Positions 21,534-30,594 of a stretch of DNA of 64,000 nt are shown one piece after another. A program made the translations under genes and the position numbers. Source of the stretch: Escherichia phage phiWec188; the sequence record LC739537.1; one strand, written 5' to 3'. How positions within the stretch are numbered: the stretch's first letter is position 1; every line of letters begins with the position of its first letter. The notes beneath the pieces are model-generated. The model made no database searches and was not told the origin of the DNA. It was given only the letters and a program-made list of their open reading frames with translations.

Positions 21534-22652
21534 TTATTGTTTCTGGGCTTTTTTGAGTTCGGCAGCTTTCTGACGAATCAGTTCAGATGCAGACTTGGCA
21601 ACAACTTCAACATTGGCAACATCAGCGCCTTGTTCTTTACCAAACTCTTTCTTAACTGCTTCAACTTCTGCACGGGCTTTTTCGAATGCGTTAACAACAG
21701 TTTCAGCGATCTCTTTATTATCGATCAGGTATTTAACCAGAGCTTCAACTTTTTCTTCTTCTACGAAAGCGTAGGACTTAACAACAGTGGTGTACTCTTC
21801 TTCGATACGAGCCAGTTCAGCTTTACGAAGTTCTTCTGCTGCGAGTTCTGCTTTAGCGATCTTTTCCTGTGCTGCCAGTTCTGCTTGTTCACGGGCTTCT
21901 GTCGCTGCTTTTTCTACAGCTTCAGCAATCTGTGCTTTCATCAGGTCTTGGAATTCGGCAGATTTCAGGAATTCTTCTTTGTTAATATTTTCCAAAGGTA
22001 ATTCTCCTTTATTGATTCCAGTTGTGTTTGCAGATTTGTCACCTGCGGGGTTAGCCTCTGCATCCACAGAGTTCTTATTGGTTTGAGCATTCTGTGCTTT
22101 CACCAGATAATCTTTAACTTGATCGTGTTTCAGAGCACCTTTAATAAGATCGCCAAGAGCATCTTCGATCAGGTCTTCAAAGAAATCGACGGAAACCATA
22201 ACGTCACCATCAACAACTTGATAATCGGTAGTACGTACAACAGGTTTAGCAACTTCTTCGAGTTCAACAACTAAACCGTTCAAAGTAAAGTTTACGGCAA
22301 ACATACCGTGATCAGAACAGAAGATTGCAACGTTAGCATCAAAGTCTACATCTGCCAGCCAAACCCAGTCCCAACATGTAGAGAACTTTTCGTTTACAGC
22401 GTTGGCGATGCGGTCCATTACTTGCTGAATATAACCTTTACGTAATTCAGTAACGTCTTCACCCATTTTAGCCAGAGCTTCGATTTTCTCGAAGGTCACT
22501 TCAGGAGAGCCGTCAGATTTAAAAAGCAGTGGGGTATTGTAACCAGACGCTGCACCACCTTGAAAATCGAAAGTGTATGCGATGTGTGCGCCCAGAGTTT
22601 CTTCCGTAGCTTTACCCGAAAAGTCTACGTTAGTAAGATATGTATTTGCCAC
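21534..22652 (-). CDS. scaffolding protein (putative)
   Basis: 372 aa; C-terminal half is A/E/K-rich predicted coiled coil (AEAVEKAATEAREQAELAAQEKIAKAELAAEELRKAELARIEEE). Confidence 0.45.
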   Translation of the reverse strand: MANTYLTNVDFSGKATEETLGAHIAYTFDFQGGAASGYNTPLLFKSDGSPEVTFEKIEALAKMGEDVTELRKGYIQQVMDRIANAVNEKFSTCWDWVWLADVDFDANVAIFCSDHGMFAVNFTLNGLVVELEEVAKPVVRTTDYQVVDGDVMVSVDFFEDLIEDALGDLIKGALKHDQVKDYLVKAQNAQTNKNSVDAEANPAGDKSANTTGINKGELPLENINKEEFLKSAEFQDLMKAQIAEAVEKAATEAREQAELAAQEKIAKAELAAEELRKAELARIEEEYTTVVKSYAFVEEEKVEALVKYLIDNKEIAETVVNAFEKARAEVEAVKKEFGKEQGADVANVEVVAKSASELIRQKAAELKKAQKQ

Positions 22653-22654
22653 AA

Positions 22655-23134
22655 TTAGTCCTTCTTGACTTTCACGCCCATCGCACCTATACTCAAACCT
22701 TTAAGAACACCGTCCTTACGAGCTTGATACAGTTCAGGGTCGTTGAATTGGATTTTAACGAGGGGAGTTCCTTCCACAACGAGTTCGTCACCAATGTAAC
22801 AATCAACTTCGTTCACCCAAGCTTTAACTGGAGCAAATTTGTCTGTGTTCTTCATGTGACCAAGATTACCACTTACGTTAGTAATATTCTCATTGAAGTT
22901 GTCTACCATCTTCCTGATTTCCATATCAGACATACGCTCACCGTGGAGGTCGTCTTTTTCAGGTGGACAATACAATACCTCAATAACCTGCATTTGCTCT
23001 TCGTCAAACTTATTATGTTTGATTACTGTTTGAGGTTGTTGAGGAGGTGTAGAATCTTGTTGGGATGGGGTTGATTCTTTCATACCGCTGAACGATTTGA
23101 AGAGTTCCCAGAGTGTATCTTTATTAAGTTCCAT
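22655..23134 (-). CDS. head morphogenesis protein
   Basis: 159-aa ORF between portal and scaffold-like genes. Confidence 0.35.
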   Translation of the reverse strand: MELNKDTLWELFKSFSGMKESTPSQQDSTPPQQPQTVIKHNKFDEEQMQVIEVLYCPPEKDDLHGERMSDMEIRKMVDNFNENITNVSGNLGHMKNTDKFAPVKAWVNEVDCYIGDELVVEGTPLVKIQFNDPELYQARKDGVLKGLSIGAMGVKVKKD

Positions 23135-23225
23135 ATGAACCTCTTAAAAACAAATATCCCATAAATCTTAGTCTACAGGATATTCGTCATTTTGTCAATA
23201 CCTAAAATCAAAAAAGTTTAATTTT

Positions 23226-24791
23226 TTAATTCGATAAGTTTGCTGCTGATGGATCAAGAGCCGAAACGCTGGTGGATGTACCTGTACCTGCGGTCGCCAT
23301 ACCGTCTCCAGAACGTGAAGTTTTATCTGGCATGAATGTCTCCATATATTCTACGAATTTATCCTTGTCAGAAACAATCTCGTCTGGTATACGATAATCA
23401 AAGCCTAACTTCTCTAAGAACTCGTTGATAATTTCCGCTGTAAGTGGAATAGCTCCTGCTGCAACAATCTGTTGGATCGCTTTAGCGTTTACTTCAATAT
23501 CAGGATCACCCATTTCACCACTAACAAACTTCGGCATATCTTCATCGGAAAGGAAGATATTGTTTAAGCGAAGTGCTTGTGGAATGAGTTGAGAGTTAAT
23601 AGCTTCAACAACAATATCTACATCGCGTTCAATGAAGTGTGAGAGCAGGGTCTGTTTATTATCGGACAATGCAAAGCTGCCAGCGTCCCCGTCACCCATT
23701 ATCAATACACCCGCACCAAAACGGTTGTAAATATCCAGTTTACGTTGTTTGATCAGTTCTTGTGTATCAAACTGTTTACCAGCCCCTTCTACGCCCTGGA
23801 ACACCAGATCGTACTGACGCATAACAGTTCCTTCATAAACGTCTGAAGGTAATACCATGTATGCTTGCTCACCAGAGTGCAGGTTGGCAATGTTTGCCTG
23901 TAGAACTCGTAAGGACTGTGCTTCATCTCCGGCAGGATCAAGAGATGCGCGGTTAAGAATATCGCTCGGTACTTTCAGAACAGGCATACCGCCCAAATCT
24001 TTAGAAACCCCGATAACTTCGAATTCTTGAATTAAAGATTTTTCACGCCAACTACGATAAACAGCCAACAGAGGTGACACACCCAAAGGATTGTTTTCTG
24101 TGATATTGCTACCCACAAAAATAACCTTGTTCATAGGGATTTGACGTACACCCAGTTGCAACTTACTGTTACCTGGAGCCAACATGGTATTAGTGATGTT
24201 CTGGTTTACCGAAATAACGGTGCGACCATCATCAGAATAGGTGAAAGGGTTTGCCATATCCAAAGTATCTTGCGGTCGGAAAGCAAGTTTAGTGAGGCGG
24301 TAATAGCCATAGTATGGACTCTTCGGATCTTCGTCAAGTTCAAACACCTTTTCAGCAAATGCAAAACCGAACTGTTTGTAAGTAAGAAGAGATCTCACAT
24401 ACTGACGTAATGGTGCTTGCATGTTGCGTAACATATATTCAATAAACTTTGCAGCTTTTCTTGACTTGGCAGAGTTTACGTTGTATTTTATTTTAAAGTC
24501 GAAAAATGCTCTGTCTACGAAAATGTATGTTGCGTCAAGAGCGGTAGCAACATCTGGGTCTTCACCCATTTCCTTATAAGTACGGATGTTTTCAGGAAAG
24601 CGTGTTTCATACGGTTGCATGAAGTTAGTGAATGCTTTGATTGAGTTCAACCCAATCGTCCCGATTTCAGGAGAGAGAAGTAAACTCTTTTCTTTCTCTG
24701 CCTGTTTTGACGGAGAGAGAGCAGCTTTGTTCACTGCACTTTGTTTCCAGTAATCCGACTTCTTAGTGTACTGTCTTTTTTCTGTTGACAC
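23226..24791 (-). CDS. portal protein (putative)
   Basis: 521 aa; GTG start with GGAGGA RBS; directly downstream of terminase large subunit. Confidence 0.55.
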   Translation of the reverse strand: MSTEKRQYTKKSDYWKQSAVNKAALSPSKQAEKEKSLLLSPEIGTIGLNSIKAFTNFMQPYETRFPENIRTYKEMGEDPDVATALDATYIFVDRAFFDFKIKYNVNSAKSRKAAKFIEYMLRNMQAPLRQYVRSLLTYKQFGFAFAEKVFELDEDPKSPYYGYYRLTKLAFRPQDTLDMANPFTYSDDGRTVISVNQNITNTMLAPGNSKLQLGVRQIPMNKVIFVGSNITENNPLGVSPLLAVYRSWREKSLIQEFEVIGVSKDLGGMPVLKVPSDILNRASLDPAGDEAQSLRVLQANIANLHSGEQAYMVLPSDVYEGTVMRQYDLVFQGVEGAGKQFDTQELIKQRKLDIYNRFGAGVLIMGDGDAGSFALSDNKQTLLSHFIERDVDIVVEAINSQLIPQALRLNNIFLSDEDMPKFVSGEMGDPDIEVNAKAIQQIVAAGAIPLTAEIINEFLEKLGFDYRIPDEIVSDKDKFVEYMETFMPDKTSRSGDGMATAGTGTSTSVSALDPSAANLSN

Positions 24792-24894
24792 TTTCTTCCT
24801 CCGGCACTGTGCTTAAAGATCAATAGGGCAAGGGTTAAATAAATTAACCCGCCCATAAAGTCATTGTACACTTTAAAGTAACTTTTGTCAACAA

Positions 24895-26973
24895 TTATCT
24901 TCGACGAGGGGCACTTACCGTAGTGAAATGCCTTGAGTTCATGTTACTGTACCCAGTAGGTGCATTTGTTGTTGCAGGTATTGCTACAGCCTTGTGTGCC
25001 GTCTCTTTCGCCAGAGTGTTGAAGCAAGATGCTGCGGCATCTGGAAGGTCATCTTTAAGCATTGCTGTAGATCGTTCACCGTTAAAAGATTCCAATTCTT
25101 TATAAAAGTGATTCAAAGTTTCAATGTTAGGAAATGAATCTTCCACGATATAAACAAAGCCGTTCTGACAGGCACTACTGAATGGCATGAAACGTTGGAG
25201 TTTCTTTTTGTTACCTGGCATTGCGTCCGGTTTAACAACGAAGCCTTCAACAATAAGTTTTTTAGCCGATTCCGTGTATTCGATGAGTCCAGCACCAGAC
25301 GGGTCTTTTGGAAGAACGATCTGAACATCCGGTCCATCAATCTTAGCTTGTTGGAGGATCAGGTTATCCCTGTCACCAGGTAAGCGTCGGAATCTTCCGA
25401 AAACTTTACTCTTCTCGTCTATAGCGTCGTAATCATAATCCCCGAAGATATAAATGTTCCCGTTTAGGTCTTTACCCATCTTAACAGATGCTGTATAGTC
25501 AGGATAACGATAACGTTCACTTGGAACGGATACAGCTTTATCCCATGCACGCATATACTTCATGTTGTTAGGAACATCTTTGTATTCTATCTTGTGAAGC
25601 CATTCACGTTGGAAGAATGATTCCTCTTGAATACGGGCAAACCAACAACCATCCAGAAGCTGTGCTCGCTTTATCGCTGTCTGCGATTTAAGAGAAGCCA
25701 GGTATTTCGGGTTAAGGCGAATCAGTTCAGGGTTATCAAAGATCGTACCGCCGATAAACACAAACGTTTGAGGTTCGATCGTAACAACCTCACCAGTGTT
25801 TGGGTTCTCCATGAAACAGTTTTCAGGATACTTCTCTTTAAGTTCCTCTGCTGTGTCGGCAAATACAGGCTCATCATTTACAATAATGAAGTAGGTTTGT
25901 TTACCACACATATCTTCACGAGGATAACCACCTTCGTCAAGGTAAGGTAACACCCAGTTCAGTACCCAACTATCCGCATCGGGGTTACAGGTACAAAGCA
26001 TGAAAGATGTTTCTGACTCGGAACGCATACGACCGAGAAGATAAAGCATCTCATACTGGGTGAAATGGGTGAGTTCGTCAAAACCGACCATACTGTACTG
26101 TGTACCCTGATGGTTAGTCTCGGCTGTAACGTTATCATTCTCCAGATGGTCAAACTTCAAAGTACCACCGTTAGTGGCCTCAAAGATAATGTCCATCGTA
26201 CTTTCTTTTACGTGCGGTTGTAAAGGCAGGTACAGACGTTTAGCTTCTGTAAACAAACCACCTGGCTTACGGTGTGCAGTGGTGTTCTTACGGAATAAGA
26301 TACCACCGAACAAAGGGTCTTTATAGGCAAACTTAAGAGCTTTTAGCAGTAGCAGACGAGACTTGCCGCTATTGCCAGTAACGAAGCAGTGATTGCCCCG
26401 TCTAAGGACAATATAGCTACTTGGAGTTTCAAAGCAATATTTTTTATCATCGGATGTAATAACCTCGTGTATTTTTAAATAAGTGTTTTGTTTGCCTGGG
26501 ATGTTAAACGGAACGCGCTTACCAAAAGGATCTTCAATGTATCCTTTCAGTGGTGCTCCTGCTTGTTGCAGAGCAATAAGATCTCCCACAGCAATCTCAA
26601 AATGTTTTTTGGATTTCTTTTTCTTGTAAAAGACGAAACGATGTTCCATACTCAATTCTTGGAACACTCCTGCACCGTTAGTGATTCGGTACAAGTTATC
26701 ATCTTTCATATCATATTCTACGAAGTAAGGCGTGACCAATTCTAAGCGTTTTCTCTTAGGATTATACTGATAGATATCTTCTCCGCTATATTGGCTTATT
26801 TGTTTCCAGCCGTCACGGGTAAGATACTCTGTTTCAGCAGATACACAACCTGCGGCACCACCGTAAATCATAACTTCCGGCATTAAATCCATTGCCAGGG
26901 TTTGTTTACCTGGTTGAGCTTTTACTTCGATATCAGCGCCAGCTAAACTGCCAGCCGCTTTTTTCTTAGCCAC
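24895..26973 (-). CDS. terL: terminase large subunit, apparently intein-containing
   Basis: 692 aa; GTG start with AAGGAGG RBS; nuclease-domain-like C-terminal half; N-terminal ATPase region interrupted by a Hint-like insertion (see intein feature). Confidence 0.7.
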   Translation of the reverse strand: MAKKKAAGSLAGADIEVKAQPGKQTLAMDLMPEVMIYGGAAGCVSAETEYLTRDGWKQISQYSGEDIYQYNPKRKRLELVTPYFVEYDMKDDNLYRITNGAGVFQELSMEHRFVFYKKKKSKKHFEIAVGDLIALQQAGAPLKGYIEDPFGKRVPFNIPGKQNTYLKIHEVITSDDKKYCFETPSSYIVLRRGNHCFVTGNSGKSRLLLLKALKFAYKDPLFGGILFRKNTTAHRKPGGLFTEAKRLYLPLQPHVKESTMDIIFEATNGGTLKFDHLENDNVTAETNHQGTQYSMVGFDELTHFTQYEMLYLLGRMRSESETSFMLCTCNPDADSWVLNWVLPYLDEGGYPREDMCGKQTYFIIVNDEPVFADTAEELKEKYPENCFMENPNTGEVVTIEPQTFVFIGGTIFDNPELIRLNPKYLASLKSQTAIKRAQLLDGCWFARIQEESFFQREWLHKIEYKDVPNNMKYMRAWDKAVSVPSERYRYPDYTASVKMGKDLNGNIYIFGDYDYDAIDEKSKVFGRFRRLPGDRDNLILQQAKIDGPDVQIVLPKDPSGAGLIEYTESAKKLIVEGFVVKPDAMPGNKKKLQRFMPFSSACQNGFVYIVEDSFPNIETLNHFYKELESFNGERSTAMLKDDLPDAAASCFNTLAKETAHKAVAIPATTNAPTGYSNMNSRHFTTVSAPRRR
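26371..26847 (-). other. putative mini-intein (about 159 aa) in the terminase P-loop
   Basis: Starts CVSAETEYLTRDG (resembles DnaE-type intein N-terminal block C-L-S-x-E-T-E-I-L-T), internal SMEH (TxxH-like), ends FVTGN followed by Ser. Excision joins GGAAG to SGKS, giving a canonical Walker A GAAGSGKS. Too short for a homing-endonuclease domain. Confidence 0.55.
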
Positions 26974-26982
26974 TTCTCCTCC

Positions 26983-27309
26983 TTACTTACTGATAATCCC
27001 TTTCTCTTGCAGAGCCTTAATGTAGTTTTGTAAACCGATCACTTTGTTTCGGTCTTGACTCCAGAGAACATTATTTGTGGTCCCGTTATCAACTACTTCA
27101 GAACGAGAAACACCTTTAGCAATTTGTTGATCTGTGTACGGTACAGGTTCACTTACACCTTCCATTAAAGAAGAGTCTGGTCCTCTGACTTCCTGCACTG
27201 CTACAGCTTTACATTCGTCAATTAGAATCGGGGAGGCTTTTGTTGAGGATGTGCAACCCGTCATCATTAGGGCCGAAGCAAGACATAGACCCAGTAGTAG
27301 TTTTTGCAT
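26983..27309 (-). CDS. o-spanin (outer-membrane lipoprotein, Rz1-like)
   Basis: 108 aa; signal peptide with lipobox LMMTGC; 5' end overlaps the 3' end of the upstream i-spanin gene. Confidence 0.5.
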   Translation of the reverse strand: MQKLLLGLCLASALMMTGCTSSTKASPILIDECKAVAVQEVRGPDSSLMEGVSEPVPYTDQQIAKGVSRSEVVDNGTTNNVLWSQDRNKVIGLQNYIKALQEKGIISK

Positions 27310-27625
27310 AATTTGTTTTCTCCTCGTTTACCTTCTTCTCCTTGTTTGCTAAATCTTTTTTCAATTTAGCATTCTTTTCGGAGAGGGAAGCTATTTGGTT
27401 GTTAAGTGCCAGACGTTCATCATCGGCTTTCTTTTGAAGAACATCGAAGTCTTGTTTAGCTTTTGCTTGTTGTTGTTGATAGATAGTTACTTGGTGTTGT
27501 TCTCCTGCTGCGTAACCATTATCATACAGAGCCTTTCCGCCGAAGTACAAACCAGCTAAAAGTGCAACTAACAGAAGAATAACGTAAAACCACTTACTCT
27601 TCAGAATCATTGTTATCAGTGTCAT
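27218..27625 (-). CDS. i-spanin (Rz-like)
   Basis: 135 aa; N-terminal transmembrane helix (WFYVILLLVALLAGLYFGG) then charged coiled-coil region; overlapped by the o-spanin gene. Confidence 0.5.
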   Translation of the reverse strand: MTLITMILKSKWFYVILLLVALLAGLYFGGKALYDNGYAAGEQHQVTIYQQQQAKAKQDFDVLQKKADDERLALNNQIASLSEKNAKLKKDLANKEKKVNEEKTNYAKTTTGSMSCFGPNDDGLHILNKSLPDSN

Positions 27626-27886
27626 CTTTAAATCTCACTTTAGGTAAGGATGGAGAGTTATTCACTATCTTCTTCACTTCCATCGGTTTGGCTTCCGCAA
27701 GAATCTCTTCCCACGTCTTCTCGATCATCATCTAATTCGTCCTCAAGATCCCATTGACGGGAGTAATCATTTTTCCTGTCACGATGGACAGAAGCTTTGT
27801 TAAAATCATTCTTAACTACAAAGTTGCGCATATTTTATCCTCCTCAATATTGATCTTATCACAAAACATATACACAATGCAAGCCC

Positions 27887-27925
27887 TAAAAAGAAAAAAG
27901 CCCCTAACCTTTCGGAAAGGGGTTG
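27887..27925 (-). terminator. rho-independent terminator
   Basis: Minus strand: CCCCTTTCCGAAAGGTTAGGGG hairpin followed by CTTTTTTCTTTTT. Confidence 0.55.
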
Positions 27926-27972
27926 TTAAAATAACAAGGAGGAGAGGGCAAAGTGCCCCAAGAGAGGAGAGG

Positions 27973-28263
27973 TTAAATTACAATTTTCTTAGGCTGTTCT
28001 TCCACAACGGTAGGAGTTTCTTCTTCCATTGCTTCATAATGTTCTTCCAACCAGTCTTCTACTTGCTCTTTAATGGCTTTCGCTGCTTGGAATCGGAGAG
28101 GTTTTGCTGCTTCGTTATCATACACAAGTTCAACGATGTATTTCATTGCTGCGAGATAGTTCTCGGCAAACAATTCCTTCACTGTTGCTTGTGCTGCATC
28201 CATAGCATAAATTTGTTGCATTTCTGCTGTAGGTCGTCCACGACCACGTTTGAGTTTAGGCAT
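27973..28263 (-). CDS. hypothetical protein with basic N-terminus (KRGRGRP)
   Basis: 96-aa ORF upstream of the lysis/terminase genes; could be a small DNA-binding protein. Confidence 0.4.
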   Translation of the reverse strand: MPKLKRGRGRPTAEMQQIYAMDAAQATVKELFAENYLAAMKYIVELVYDNEAAKPLRFQAAKAIKEQVEDWLEEHYEAMEEETPTVVEEQPKKIVI

Positions 28264-28334
28264 AATAAATCCTCCTATAATTTATCTTACCATACAAAAA
28301 ATAATAAGTCAAGTTTTATCTGATGGGTACTAAA

Positions 28335-28355
28335 AAGCCTCCACGAGGGAGGCTT
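28335..28355 (-). terminator. rho-independent terminator
   Basis: Minus strand: AAGCCTCC-ctcgt-GGAGGCTT hairpin followed by TTTAGT. Confidence 0.55.
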
Positions 28356-28452
28356 ATAAGATACTGTCAATTTGGAATGTTACTGTTAACATGTGTCCCT
28401 AATGCCATTTTACCATTTTGGTATAAAAATGTCTTTAGGATAATTCTTAGAA

Positions 28453-28722
28453 TTAAGGTCGATTGATTACCTTAACAGTTTGTCCTTTGTCATTCATCAG
28501 ATAGGCTGATTCAGTTTTGTGAACAAAGATAACCCGTTCACCTGAGATAACAGAGGCTACCACGCCATCTGGTCGATCATAACCTTCCCAATGATACTGA
28601 ATAATTACGTCATCCTCTAAGCAGTAAAAGAATTCTTCTTCATTTACATTGAAGGGGACGGTATTGTAAATCTTTACTTCATCTTCTTTAGAAAATTTAC
28701 GGATTGTTTTTAACGTATACAT
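28453..28722 (-). CDS. hypothetical protein
   Basis: ORF track extends to 28950 but that N-terminal extension overlaps two tRNA genes; first ATG downstream of the tRNAs is at 28722 (MYTLKTIRKF...). Confidence 0.4.
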   Translation of the reverse strand: MYTLKTIRKFSKEDEVKIYNTVPFNVNEEEFFYCLEDDVIIQYHWEGYDRPDGVVASVISGERVIFVHKTESAYLMNDKGQTVKVINRP

Positions 28723-28835
28723 GATGTGTCCTATTAAGTATTTAGTATTTAGTGGATTGTGCGTTTTAGGAGTCGCACCCCTCCCTCTTAGAAGGAACCA
28801 GGCAAGGTCTTCAAAGATACCGCTGGCGCGATATT

Positions 28836-28914
28836 TGGAGGCGGGAATCGGATTCGAACCGATGATCTCCAGCATATGAAACTGGCGAGGACGACCAAAC
28901 TCCTCTATCCCGCT
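28836..28914 (-). tRNA. tRNA-Met (anticodon CAT)
   Basis: Manual fold: acceptor stem, D-stem GAGG/CCTC, anticodon stem CCAGT/GCTGG with loop TTCATAT, T-arm ATCGG-TTCGAAT-CCGAT, encoded CCA. Position 1:72 is A-C mismatched. Confidence 0.65.
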
Positions 28915-28918
28915 ATTA

Positions 28919-28991
28919 GGTGTCCCGTGCTGGATTCGAACCAGCATCACAATAGTTGTGGATCTCTTATCCTGTAAGTCTAACGGGAAAC
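28919..28991 (-). tRNA. tRNA-like element / probable tRNA pseudogene
   Basis: Canonical T-arm GCTGG-TTCGAAT-CCAGC and 6/7-bp acceptor stem, but no 5-7-5 anticodon stem-loop can be drawn (CACAA-CTA-TTGTG has a 3-nt loop). Confidence 0.3.
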
Positions 28992-29065
28992 TGGTTGTTT
29001 CGACAAGAATCGAACTTGTATCTCACGATTATCAGTCGTGGGTTCTACCATTGAACTACGAAACA
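28992..29065 (-). tRNA. tRNA-Ile (anticodon GAT)
   Basis: Acceptor TGTTTCG/CGAAACA, D-stem GTTC/GAAC, anticodon stem CACGA/TCGTG with loop CTGATAA, T-arm ACAAG-TTCGATT-CTTGT, CCA encoded. Confidence 0.7.
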
Positions 29066-29071
29066 TTTAAT

Positions 29072-29146
29072 TGGTCAGCATGGAGAATTTCGAAATCTCG
29101 GCCCCCTCGTCCCAAACGAGGTGCTCTGCCACTGAGCTACACGCTG
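29072..29146 (-). tRNA. tRNA-Pro (anticodon TGG)
   Basis: D-arm GCTC-AGTGGCA-GAGC, anticodon stem CCTCG/CGAGG with loop TTTGGGA, CCA encoded; T-stem has one T-T mismatch. Confidence 0.6.
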
Positions 29147-29346
29147 TTATTAAAAAATCTCACGTCTTATACAAGCTAACCTTTTGCCTGACGCATGAAA
29201 TTTAAATACATTCTAAAGGTACACCGTAAAAGATTGTCGGGGCGATACTTCAAAAACATACCGATCCGTAAATCGATAATCAGACAAACTTCGACGGCTC
29301 CTCGTTTTTAACTTCACACTTAAGGTAGTGACTCACCTTTGTTATA

Positions 29347-29422
29347 TGGCTGGTCTGTCTGGATTTGAACCAAACCTACGACAGTCAAAGTGTCGTGTGC
29401 TACCGGACTACACTACAAACCA
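29347..29422 (-). tRNA. tRNA-Gln (anticodon TTG)
   Basis: Acceptor TGGTTTG/CAGACCA, anticodon stem CGACA/TGTCG with loop CTTTGAC, T-arm TTTGG-TTCAAAT-CCAGA, discriminator G, CCA. Confidence 0.7.
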
Positions 29423-29512
29423 TTTAATGAAGGGCAACCAGAAGAGGTGTGAGAGAAGGAGAAAACCATAAGTAAAAGAGAAAGTTTTCTGGCAACCCTT
29501 TATTAAATAATT

Positions 29513-29586
29513 TGGAGCGTTCTACGAGTTTCGAACTCGTGCCGCCGACTTGGAAGGACGGAATGCTACCGCTACACCAAGAACGC
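29513..29586 (-). tRNA. tRNA-Gly (anticodon TCC), one mismatch in anticodon stem
   Basis: Acceptor GCGTTCT/AGAACGC, anticodon loop CTTCCAA, T-arm ACGAG-TTCGAAA-CTCGT, discriminator T, CCA; anticodon stem CCGTC/GTCGG has a T-T pair. Confidence 0.55.
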
Positions 29587-30082
29587 CCTACATCTTTACT
29601 ATACTACATTTTACTATCAGTTGTCAATAGTTTTATTGGGTGGGACAGTGACGAGTATCCCATTGGGTGACTAACCCTACGTTCGGTTGTGATTAATCTC
29701 CTGGGTGTCGCTTGCAACACTGGAAAACTCTCACGTCGATGGGAGAATCCGCTTCTTCTTTACCCCATCCAACCCTACTCCGGTCAAGTTTCAGGTGACT
29801 CTTTTTGTGATCAACACAATACTAAGAACACTGTCTTTCGAGCAGACCTTGTGCACAGGATACGACGATCAATCACAGTGCTCTTAATGTTGTGTTGTGA
29901 ATATTAACCTCGGAACTCATTACCGCGCTTCGGCTCGACCTTATTACAGGTTAGTGAATGTCTTTCTTCCGCTTACATTCAATAAATTTGCTTTCTTCAC
30001 AACGATAAGAACACTTAACAGAAGATAGGTCTGATTGCCTCGGATGATTTCTCAGTAGCCTAAATGTTCTTACCTGTTATGT

Positions 30083-30158
30083 TGGTGCTCCAAGTAGGAC
30101 TCGAACCTACGACCTCATGCTTACAAGGCAAGTGCTCTACCAACTGAGCTATTGAAGC
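30083..30158 (-). tRNA. tRNA-Thr (anticodon TGT)
   Basis: D-arm GCTC-AGTTGGTA-GAGC, anticodon loop CTTGTAA, T-arm GTAGG-TTCGAGT-CCTAC, CCA; overall very close to enterobacterial tRNA-Thr as I recall it. Confidence 0.7.
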
Positions 30159-30277
30159 GTATTGCGCCCCTTCAGCCATGCTTGATGTTGACCAGAACAC
30201 AGTTAAACTGTGGGAGGAGGAACACCGCAGGGGGCTTCAGTTGGACGACTTACAGGGAGCGACCCTGTTTCTTTTCT

Positions 30278-30354
30278 GGGACTCGGCAGGATTCGATACC
30301 TGCAATTCCAGAAGCCTCTTGGCGACTGAGGGTTTACCTTAACTCTACAAGTCC
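30278..30354 (-). tRNA. tRNA-like element (atypical, no canonical anticodon arm, no encoded CCA)
   Basis: 7-bp acceptor stem GGACTTG/CGAGTCC and T-arm-like GCAGG-TATCGAAT-CCTGC (8-nt loop), but the central region does not fold into a 5-7-5 anticodon arm. Confidence 0.25.
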
Positions 30355-30510
30355 ATAATTCTTAAATACTTTGGAGCCTTACTGACAAACCGTTAGTTTG
30401 TAACATAGCGTATTTCCATTCTGGGGCACCGCCTGTGAATGTAATTCCAATACAAACTTTCTCAAGATCAAACCAATTATCAAATAACATAAGAACCTCC
30501 AGTTATAATT

Positions 30511-30594
30511 TGGTGTGAGATGATGGATTCGAACCACCGCGCCTTTCAGAACAGATTTACAGTCTGCTGCAATCGACCACTCTGCCAATCTCAC
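30511..30594 (-). tRNA. tRNA-Tyr (anticodon GTA)
   Basis: Perfect acceptor stem GTGAGAT/ATCTCAC, anticodon stem GCAGA/TCTGT with loop CTGTAAA, long variable arm, T-arm GGTGG-TTCGAAT-CCATC, CCA. Confidence 0.7.

Noticed and set aside
21534-22652. Many plus-strand ORFs antisense to the scaffold-like and other late genes (for example 21537-22001, 21787-22086)
   Set aside because: They are low-complexity Phe/Cys/Ser-rich translations of the opposite strand of well-supported minus-strand genes and lack RBSs.
27754-28323. 189-aa plus-strand ORF
   Set aside because: Antisense to the better-supported minus-strand gene 27973-28263 and spans two minus-strand terminators; no RBS; Cys/Phe-rich low-complexity translation typical of antisense frames.
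28722-28950. N-terminal extension of the 28453-28950 minus-strand ORF
   Set aside because: The extension runs through tRNA-Met and the adjacent tRNA-like element; the first ATG downstream of the tRNAs (28722) is the sensible start.
28919-28991. Possible amber-suppressor tRNA (CTA in a 7-nt loop on a 3-bp stem)
   Set aside because: Requires a 3-bp anticodon stem with non-canonical positions 33 and 37; the 5-bp pairing gives only a 3-nt loop. More parsimonious as a degenerate tRNA-like element.
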